Below, in pieces: positions 24,163 through 35,100 of a stretch of 64,000 bases of DNA. The stretch is from the NCBI GenBank assembly GCA_009103225.1, contig RHPI01002699.1, positions 224,578 to 288,577 of the forward strand, given 5' to 3'. The notes below the pieces were generated by a model. It had not been told where the DNA came from. It saw nothing but the letters and a program-made list of their open reading frames with translations, and ran no database searches. Position 1 is the first letter of the stretch, and each line of letters starts with the position of its first letter. The stretch is from Chlorokybus atmophyticus. Lineage: Eukaryota; Plantae; Mesostigma and Chlorokybus algae. The position numbers were made by a program, and so were the translations under genes.

Positions 24163-27100
24163 ATGCAAGCATGCAGTCCATGCAGCTGCTGCAGAGTGGA
24201 CTCGCTGCTCCATTGGCAACACGCCGCAGCGTCCTGTCTGCATGGTAAGTTGAGCTAAGCAGAAGGTTTGTGCTGCTGCTGCTGATTTACCCAATCACTT
24301 GACCACCGGTAGTGCTTTCAGTCAAGCTGCGCCAACCATATGCACAAGCAAGCGGAGATTGTTGCGACCCCTCCGCATACAAGCTTGTGTATATGTTCGC
24401 CAACAAGCGATTTTGACTGAAAGGCTGCTGAAGGTTTGGGTCTTAGATTGTCTTGCTCTCTGAGTGTCTCTCTCTCAGTGCTGGCATGCTTGTAGTTGTC
24501 CAGCAACATCAGTCATAGTTACATTTGCTGCTTTTCGACGACACGCACTACGCTAGGATGTCCCAAGCAACCCCTTGAAAGGATTGGAAAACGCTGATAA
24601 GGCGTGGAAGAAGCTGCAAGAGTTGGATCCGTCTTCTGCAACACCCCCTGCACAGGTGTCAGAATGTGCTGTTGATCTTCGTATGCTGTGTTGACTTTGA
24701 ATCNNNNNNNNNNNNNNNNNNNNNNNNNNNNNNNNNNNNNNNNNNNNNNNNNNNNNNNNNNNNNNNNNNNNNNNNNNNNNNNNNNNNNNNNNNNNNNNNN
24801 NNNNNNNNNNNNNNNNNNNNNNNNNNNNNNNNNNNNNNNNNNNNNNNNNNNNNNNNNNNNNNNNNNNNNNNNNNNNNNNNNNNNNNNNNNNNNNNNNNNN
24901 NTTTCCCGCCCCCGCCGCGCCCATCCACACACACGCGCGCACGCGCATATACATGTGTGAGGGCGCATGCATGCATGCATACACGCACCATCGCGTCGCC
25001 TTGCGTGCACACATGTGAGTTCCTCAACATGCATCCGGTTGTATTTTCCATAGCTGATTACATGGGAGTGCCAATGAAAATTTACCTGCTTCTGGCTGTG
25101 TACTACTGATGGCCAATAACTGGCCATCAAACACCGGATGCACAGGTTGTGCGCGAAGACTCTGGCCACATGCCATCCTCGGCAGCAGACACCAGTAGTG
25201 ACATTGCTGATGTAGTCATATGCGGCGGAACCCTTGGCGTAATTCTCGGCGCAGCATTGGCAACAAAAGGGCTGAAGGTTACCATCATTGAGCGTGGGCC
25301 ACTGATAGGTATGCTGCCGGCACAAAAATATACTATTAACATATCCGTTACATGCCTTGCAAACTTCTTGCAAACTGCGTGCAACATTTCGTCGCGTAAT
25401 ACTTCCTAAAATGTCACCATCTGTAGGCAGAGACCAAGAGTGGAATATCAGCAGGAGGGAGATGGCAGTATTTTCCGAGCTGGGCTTGTTGACTGAACAG
25501 GAGATTGAGCAAGCTATAGTCACAGAGTTCAATCCAGTGCGAGTGGGGTTCAGAGGCCTTGTGGACATCACAACTGAAGGCATACTGAACTGTGGAGTGG
25601 ATCCTTGTTACTTGATTGAGACTTTGAAAAATAAACTTTTGCAGCTGGGAGGAACGATTCTGGAGTATACAGCCTTCGCAGGTACGTTGGCTTCATGCAG
25701 GCAAAACGGATGAGTGCATGTAGATCCTTCAATTGCACGGAAAAACCCGTTGCCTGGCTGGTCATGTGCATCAAGTCGTTTACAATCTTTTGTCTTTTCA
25801 ATAACATACAGTGTCTGTGCACAAACAGTGCAAATGTTCAAAGATCATGGGTTGTTGCTGTTAAGCACTGCGCAATATATTTGTGAGATGCTACGCCTTC
25901 ATTAAACTCTACATGCAGGTGCAGTATCTTACTCTGATGGCGTAGTTGTAGATGTGCATAGCGTTGCCACGGGTAGCAAACCATCCGGTGCGGGTGGTGC
26001 CGGAGGCGCGTCCGCACAGTTTGCAGCAAACGACATGTCCTCTTCAGGCGGTACAATCAGTAGTTGCTAGACCAAAGACTAGCTTGTTGGTGTCAAGCAG
26101 GTGGCGTGACACGTGTGTAACATTGTCACAACCGACACTTGATGCAGGCACGGGAAAGACTCAGCTCAGGTGCCGACTGCTGTTGGACTGCCTCGGCAAC
26201 TTTTCCCCAGTCGCAGCGCAATCAAGAGGCGCCGCCAAACCTGAGAGCGTTGTCATGGTCGTCGGCACGTGTGCAACGGGACCTGTTAGTGCGTCCTCAC
26301 CGCTTGCATTGTGTGTTCGTTACTGACTTTGTGTGTATATGCTGGCGAGTGTGATGAGCACTTGCAAGTATGCTCTCAGCACAATTGAGCACAGAGCACA
26401 GACGCTGACTGCAACATGCTCGCAGGGCTTGTCTGAAGATAGGAGGGACAGCTGTGGTGATCTATTATACGCATTCACAGATTTGAATCAGGCTACTCGC
26501 GCACAGGTATATTGTCACACTCGCATGCCCAATCAATGAGCCAAAGCCATCGGCTTGCGCACGTGTTTGGAAGTGACTGCACTTTCTAAACACGCAAAGC
26601 GCCCCCCNNNNNNNNNNNNNNNNNNNNNNNNNNNNNNNNNNNNNNNNNNNNNNNNNNNNNNNNNNNNNNNNNNNNNNNNNNNNNNNNNNNNNNNNNNNNN
26701 NNNNNNNNNNNNNNNNNNNNNNNNNNNNNNNNNNNNNNNNNNNNNNNNNNNNNNNNNNNNNNNNNNNNNNNNNNNNNNNNNNNNNNNNNNNNNNNNNNNN
26801 NNNNNNNNNNNNNNNNNNNNNNNNNNNNNNNNNNNNNNNNNNNNNNNNNNNNNNNNNNNNNNNNNNNNNNNNNNNNNNNNNNNNNNNNNNNNNNNNNNNN
26901 NNNNNNNNNNNNNNNNNNNNNNNNNNNNNNNNNNNNNNNCCCCCCCCCCCCCCCCCCTCCAACACCGCCTCTTGTCTTCATTGTCACACATAGGCCAAGG
27001 GAGGTTTGGCTCACGAGTGACACTGCATGTTGACTTTCGCAGTATTTTTGGGAAGCATTTCCAGCAAGAGACGGTCTCACCACGTACATGTTTTGCTATG

Positions 27101-28762
27101 TGGATCCGGCTCCCGAGCGCTTCAGTCTAACTGACATGTTTGAAGACTACTTACGACTGCTGCCGGAGTATCAGGTGCGCAACCCCTGTTGCGGTACTGC
27201 GCAGTGTCATGTGTGCACAACACTTCTCATTTGTGCATAGCAGCACGATCCAGCTTCTAAACTAATAGCAGGTCTTGTGGACATATGAGGCAATAACTTT
27301 GATTGACTTGTATGATGCATGTAGTGCGTGTGCTGTGCACGGAGATTGCCAACTTTGCATGTCACTTCTCGAGGTGTTCTTCAATATCTGCTCTAACATC
27401 CCTAGCAGCTCCACATGCTCGGCACATGACAACGTTACGCTGTTGTGTGGGTTCCCTTGGCAGAGCCGAGCGTGTTGAGTTGCTAGGGACGTTAGCGCAG
27501 CTTCAAGAACAGATTGAACACCAGCTTTGAGAAGTAGCATGTAGGTTCTAACAAATTCATGCACATGACACGCGTGCGTGCATGATTTGTGTGATTGGAT
27601 TTGTCCCAACATGCACTGCATGCAAAATGTTACTTATCAGTGTTTGTGTGGGGAAAGGGACTGCATGGGCTGGAAGAAGTCACAGTCAAGCGTGCACTGT
27701 TTGGTTTCTTTCCTTGTTTTCGGGAACAGAGCCCACTGAGGGCCATTGTGCCCCGCTTGCTGCATGTGGGTGATGCCTCAGGTAAACAATTGCTCCCTCC
27801 GTGCCATCGTAAGTCTGTTTACCAGTCATGATACTGTATCCACACGTCCTCCAGGCTTACTGGTACTTGCCATTGATAGGGAACCGCTCTGCGCTGTCTT
27901 TCGGTGGCTTCATGGCCATGGTGCGCCATCTTCAAAGGTTGACTGAGGTACAGTGCACAAGTTTATTGTAGATGTCAGTGGTAGCATGGGGACATTGCCC
28001 CCACTTGGCGTGTATTCACTTGACCATGACAGGGCATCGACGAGGCGTTGCAAGCAGATGCGCTCTCTGTTGGGGATTTGGCGATGCTGCAGCCATACCA
28101 GGCAAGTAGACGGTATGAACTCAACACATGGACTGGCTGACCACGTGTACTTGCTGCTCATGCATGGGTGCTTGCAGCCCTGCATATCGGTGACAGGGAT
28201 GTTTCAACTGACAATGGGCACGCGAGTCAGCCAGAATTTTGACAAGCTCCCACCATCGCTAATCAAAGACTTCATTGGGACTTCATTCAAGGAGATGGCA
28301 GGAATGGGCGACTCGGTGCTGAAACCCTTTCTGTCCGATGTCATGCAGTGGGGCCCTCTCTCAAAGGTTGGTGCGGTGGTGTCTGTCTTGCCTATCAGCA
28401 ATATGGCCTTTTGTGCATACACATCAACAATACAATGCCTTGCAGGTTGTGTGGAGAACACTTGTGGCACATCCAAGGCTAACATTTGACATGAACACCA
28501 ACATGGGCGATCCATTGTCCGCAGCTTCTCTGGTACGTGCTGCTGATGTCACATGACATTAACGATGTAGCATTGATCGTCTCACAACCGTGACTGGCTA
28601 CTGCAGGCAAGGCATTTCTTTTTCTTAGCTGCTTACACTGCTTTGCACAAAATCCACGGAAACCTCAAGCCACCTTCTTTCCTGCCACCCCGCATGCGGT
28701 ATCGGTGGCATCGAAAGCTGGAGGAGTGGGAGTACGGATCCGGTTATGACTACAAAGGGTGA
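24163..28762 (+). CDS. cruP: CruA/CruP-family FAD-dependent protein (lycopene-cyclase-like, CruP type); start uncertain; two introns contain N gaps
   Basis: DVVICGGTLG...TIIERGPLIG|RDQEWNISRRE...TEFNPVRVGF...GILNCGVDP, LLDCLGNFSP, GDASG...GGFGSL, SVLKPFLSDVMQWGPL and C-terminal WHRKLEEWEYGSGYDYKG*. These match the plant and cyanobacterial CruP motif series as I recall it. Confidence 0.88.
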
Positions 28763-29177
28763 AGGCTTGCTTGTGAGGTGACCTGCATAGAGTTGAACAG
28801 CATCATTGCTGCCAGTCTGCGAGCCACTTAAAGAGCGATGGCCAGCACGCAGCAGGAGTTGTTTCAGACCGGTGTTCCAAGTCTGAGTTCATGTCGTGAC
28901 TAGCAGCCTGTCAAATGCAGTTTTTGTGCAGTTGTCGCAGCGGTTCTCTGCAGGCATCTTGTGAGATTGAAATGATAATGCACAGTGTGTACACTCGCCA
29001 GGACACGCTGCTTGGCTGAGTGCGCTGAGAGGAAGATATGCGGTCCCCCTGTACTTGCGTGCTATTGATGTTGTGCTTGTGCGAGTTAGCATGTACACAT
29101 AGAGCTCTGACAATGTCTCCCCAATCTAGGGCCTCTACAGAACTGCCAAAGCTACAATAAAGCCTGCGTGTGGGTGC

Positions 29178-32100
29178 TCAGTAAAACCTGTTCTGTTGCT
29201 GCTGATACTGCCGTTGTCCTCTGCTACTAGTTGGCCCCATGTGAGGCTGCAACATTGCAAGTGCAGCTGTATGCAGCCGCCTTCGCACCCCCGTATTTCG
29301 TATGCCAATGGCGGCCAAGTCCTCCTCGTGAATAAACGGGAGGGTATCCAATGTCACCTCTTCCTGCACGGATGGAAACAAGCCATTACTTGCATTATTT
29401 CAACATGCACATGCAAGGGTTGGCACAACGGCGTTGGGGCTTTTGACTTGGATGATGTCTGGTGTTTGAACCTCTTCATGCACTCTTCAGGCATACCAGG
29501 GCAATTGCAGGCAGGGGTCAGTGCGCATGCAGGCTTGTACCTCGAGAAGCAACGCTGTGTACTGCTCAAGTCCAATGCTGCGCATGAACCCAGCCAGCCT
29601 ATCTGCGCCCTTGTGCAGCGGGTGACTGGGCGCTGAGTCGTACCGATCAGCAACTCGTTGCGCAGGTTGCCACTGTGAACCAAAGTTGTAGCCATTGAGC
29701 GTTGCTGGCATAGTCCGTGCCAGATACTGATCATCACTCCTTCCAGTACTCAACTGCAGCACACAATCACCCTTTACCAACGCTCTTTCAAAGTGAAGCG
29801 AGCAGAAGCATGACTCAATGGACATACCGGTGTCCTTGGCTGCAGAGATGACTCTTGCAAGGGTTGGTTGTGATTGCCGTTTTGCCAGCCGGGCGGCAAG
29901 TCCAAACTATGCCGCATGTGCGAGTGCAAGTGCGAGCCACGCCCTGCATTGTTAGACAAACAGCATGAACAGGAGATGGTCGCCGGCTGTTTGTCATCTG
30001 CATGCATACAAGCAGCCAGCTACATCAGCTGCTTATATGAGACTTATCAACCAGCTGCACCAACCTGATGCCAACGAGCCAAGGTGTCCAGCGTGCATTT
30101 CGTGGGGTTGAGCATTGGCAGAGTGTGCCATGGCCAACCACGGGAAAGACGTTGCGTTCTGACCGGCAACTGCCTCTGCCGCCCTTGATACTGAGACAAT
30201 GTCTTCTGAACTGGAAGAAGTTCTGAGCCTTGGGCGAACTGGCCCGCTATCAGAGAAACTACGCTGCCGCGACACCCTGGTCTTCATATTCGGAATGCCG
30301 TTAGTGTGGTGGAGTTGTGCATTGTGCGTCTCTGCATCAGGTAGTGGGTCCGCATGTGCTGCCCCCCACGCCCTTTCCTTGTCGTCTTGAGGCCTCGAAC
30401 CTGATATCTGTGCAGAACTATCCCTACCCTCGACATCCCTCGATTCACTATGCCTAGCCTCCGGTGCGCTTGCGTCGCGCACGACATTATTGTGAACTCC
30501 TAGTACATCAGCCTCACCGTTGAGCTCCTCCTGCCTGTATGGACACAAGCCACATTACGTTTTTATTATGATTGCCAAGTGAGATGAAAACCAAGCAGTG
30601 ACTTGCCACACACCTGTCATGGCTCCATGGGTTGCTGGTCAGATCTTGCAGCTGCCCCACCACATCTTGCAGGTGCAAGAAGTCGTTCTCCATAACCAGT
30701 TTGCACTGAAAAAAGGCAATCAGGAATAAATGCTGTACAACCACAACTCTACAGCAAGGTGCTCAGGGATTGCTTCTGTTGCGCACATGCAATGTGTTGT
30801 TACCTCCAAGAATGCACCCTTTGTATCGGCCAATGTCATGCGGACATCAGCGAAATCATCATTGATAATCTGCGTAGGACACTTGAGCATACGAAACCTG
30901 TGATGCCGTACAAATGCAGGGACCAGAGGTGTCATTGATTACCCTCAGCTGTGATGATGTTGGCGAGTGCAGGCCGTCAATGTCGCCATCAGCAACTGAA
31001 ACCCTCGCGCCCGCAGACAGTGCCGCAGCCTTATGCCTCGTTAGAGCTAAGGGCAGACCAGAAGAGACAAACCCCATCTGCCCGTCCGCCGTCCTGCATG
31101 ACATTGATAAGAATAAGAAAGTCAATGTTGAGGTTTCATCCGTCATCTATCATCCGTCATCTGTGTGTCCACAACACAACTGGCTGTTACAGTCATTGCA
31201 TTGACAACTCACATTGACGAGCTCCTTGGTGAACACCCGAGCGCGCTGTTGCGACGCCTTGGCGCCCGCATGGGCTCTGCATGTGTAGTCATCCAGTACG
31301 ACTGCACCGGACGTTCGAGTGAGTAAGCTGCAGTGACTGACAGCTATCACGAGCATGACTGGTGTGCAAACATGCATAAAACCCAATAACCCACAAAAGC
31401 CATATATTGAGTGCCAGACACGGTGTAATAGCCATGCTTACCTGTGCTGTTTCAGCTTGCTGCACCATCAGATGTTGTCGCGAGTGCTTGGAAGAAAGAG
31501 ACGCATCATCTGTCTGTGAAGGCACCGCCTGCAACATGCAGCGTAGCCACATTGAGCAACTTTACTCAACGGCTATAAAGCTTGAACGAGTGCGGTGAAG
31601 CACGCCATCAGCTTGCCTTGGCTGCCAACGCGGCTTCGTAATTCCCATATGCCAGGAAGTATGTTTGCTTGCGTCCAGCCTCAGATCTCTCACAAGTCCC
31701 AGTTGCAAAGAACTCGTACCTGCTCAGATGGCAACTGTGAAAACAGCTGACAGCATTGAGTACTACCAGCACTGAACAAGTTTGCATGCCCTTGCTCACT
31801 TGTCTTTCAATTGGGACTGCACGGCCTCGCTAACATGAACAGTCTGGGCGAAGCCACTACTTTGCAAGTGGCTGCAGGACAGCTTGAGTTCAGTGCGAGT
31901 TCAAAGTTCAATGTGATGTTGCAAATGGATACAATGCAGAAGCGTGTACTGTCTTACGTCGCACAGTCAATGGATGCACCAAAGAAACTGCGCCGCCGTT
32001 CTGCGCTACGTATCACGCCAGCATGTACTGGGCCGTAGTGCACGCCAATGCGAAGCTGGAAGACACGCAGTATATCAGCAACATCACAAGGAAGCAAAGC

Positions 32101-35100
32101 GGAACACACCATGAGTCTGCATGCTGCGCTCAGATGCTTTGAGGGTTCGTCAGGAGTTCACGTGCAGGCTGTGCGAGCACCTGCACGGTGGTATGCGAAA
32201 GAGGCGGGCGCACTGTGCCAATTTTGTCCAACATAGACTTTGCAACTTCCATGGCATCAGCAAGGTGGTTGGGATTTGCCTCCGGATTCAGTCCACCAAC
32301 TGCGGCGTAAGGGTCGCCATTAACCTCCATCTGCACACCAGAGTCACATATAAGCCTGATGCACCCTAAGAAAGGCAGGGTGCCTGCCGACAGGGAGCGA
32401 TGGTGCTGACCGCGACGAAGTGATGGTCTTCAATAAGGCTGTCGAAGATGTGGTACACTTCATTCAACCAGGCCACGACTTCCGCAGTGTTGGCAGAAGA
32501 GACCAACCTGGCAGCATGTCATTGTAATGTAGCTTAGCTCTGTGTAAGCTTGCCATGCCCGTCAAAATCTGTATGGACATATACCTCGAAAATCCAACAA
32601 TGCCAACAACGATAACCGTAACATCCTTGTGAAAACTCGCCGTCACTGGGGTCCTCCGATTGGTAGGCTGCTCCTGCACTGCTGAGCGGCGCATGACCTA
32701 CAGTGTGCGCAAGCCACACTTAGTGGCAGGCCAGTAAGCAAAGGTCCAACCTTTGTGCATAACCATTTATGAAACTGGATGGTGAAACGAGACTTTTTGT
32801 TGCAAACCTCTTGAAGTTGACGAGCAGCAAGCCTGCCAACCAGTACCTCTCTGCCCTGTAGCTTCTTGCGGCGCAGTGTTGCTTGTAACCGGGCCACAAC
32901 CTCTTTTTTGTTGACAGGCTGGCACAAGACTTCATCAGCTCCGGCCTCCATGCCTCGTATGATGTCGTTATACTGCAGCAACGCAGAGTCAGATCTGACC
33001 ATTTTGACGAACAACATGTGCGACTCGTGCAGTGGCTACCTTGCCGGCTGGGGTGATCATGAACACCGGCATCAGTGTGGCACGGAACATCTGCCTCAAT
33101 ACCTCGCAACACTTTAAAAAACAACATTGTGAGGGAGTTTCATACGCGCACAATTGGTCATGGCTACTGCCACTTCAGTGGCTTGCAGCTGTGGTATGCA
33201 CACTGACCTCGAAGCTGTCCTGCAAGGTGGAGTCCAGCACTGTTATGTCTGGAGCAGGCGTACTCTCCTTAAGTACAGTGAATGCTTGCTGCAGGTCTGA
33301 TGCATTCAACATCTGCAGTGCACGCCAACAGAGTGAGTAATACAGGGAGACCACACGCAGGGAGGGAGAAGCCCCCAACTTGCCTGATAGTTGGTTGGGA
33401 GCAGAGCGTGGAATGAAGCTTCAAGAACTGCGTCGTTCGTAACCAGTAGAATCTGCACTTGCTGCTGATCTTCATCCATTGCAGCAAGCACCGCCAGCAG
33501 ACTTTTGTCCTTGTCCCCGACATCGGTCGCTTCCTGCATACCAGGCAAGGTTGTTGTAAATGCTCGAGGCAAGGGAGTTGCATGGTTGTGCGCATGTACT
33601 GTAGTTGCTGTTGGGCACGTTTGCAAATGGCTGACCTGGAAAGAGGCGCGCTTTATGAGCGAAGCATGAAGATCGGAAGTAGTTTTTCCACCCACAAGCT
33701 GCTCGACTGATAGACAGTTGGTTGGCGTTCCAGAGCGGCGCGACTGCAAGCCTTGCGCTGACATGGACCTTTGTACCGCAACTTGACTCGACAGGCTTGT
33801 CTGGGACCAACATCATGTTGGTGTTTGTTGACAACTGCTGCTGGCTATAGCTACCACGCATTCGATGCCCGTGTGCATCAGGGGTGCTCTCACCTCGTCT
33901 ATAGAGGCCACCGGCAGCGTCAATGAAAAAGTCGTTCCCTCCCCAATTTTGGACTCGACGGAAATCGCGCCGCCATGAGCAAGCACCAGTTGCTCAACTA
34001 AGTTCAAGCTGCCATCAACACAAATATTGCATAAACATGCAAAGGTAAAGTACACCACATGGACAGCCCAGCACGTTTAAACCCTTTTGTGTCACAAACT
34101 ATGTGCCAAGTACATACCCGAGACCGATACCGCCATAGTTTCGAGTTACGCTCATGTCCACCTGCACACATCCCACAGCTGCATCAAATAACCTGTACGC
34201 AACTGAAGTATCATTGACGTGGTATAGAGCGTCATATGGAGCCACAGACCTGCTTAAAAGCCTCAAAAACTGTTGTGATGTTCTCATCAGGGATGCCAAT
34301 ACCAGTGTCGGAAACTCTGTGAGCACAAGGTACAAGGGACTCATGGGTTACTGCAAGCAAGCTGGCAGAGATACGGCTCAAAAGAGGTGCTCACTGTGTT
34401 TGTACCGGAAGGAGACGAAGTTTGCATCAGCGGCCAGTTCGGCGGCGACAGTGATTTGTCCCCGATCAGTGAACTTTGCGGAGTTGCTGAGCAGATTGTA
34501 GAAAATCTGCACAATGCGCCCTGCGTCACCCCTGACGGGAGGCAAGTTGTCGGGGAAGTTGATGACCAATGTGACTTCCGGCTTTAACAGCGGCCGTGTC
34601 AGATTGCGAATGTCTTCAAACACAGCTGTCAACCGGACTTCCTCCTGCTGGACAACAGTGAGCATGCAAGACACCTGCCAATGTCATGCACAGATACAGA
34701 GTGTTGTCTTTGTTGACCTGCTTCAGGTCAAGACAATGGTCACGCAGTGATGCCGTGTCCAGGATGTCATTCACCAGAGTCTGTAGCCTGGCACCGCTCA
34801 AACGGATGGTAGAGACGGCTTTCTGCAAATGGTGGTTGATCACCCCGCAAGTGCCATCAAGGATTGAGTCGGACAGGCCGATAATACCATGCAGCGGCGT
34901 GCGCAGCTCGTGTGACATCTGGCATTGTAGATAGGTCACCAAGTCAGCGATTGCACCAGGTCATGGCAACATGTGAGAGGAGTGACCAGAGCTGAGCGCA
35001 AGCTCATACCGAAGCAAGGAACCGATCCTTTTGTGTCAGGGCATGCTTCAGCTCCGATATGGCCTTCATGCGTGTGGCACCCTCCAAACCAAGAAGAGCC

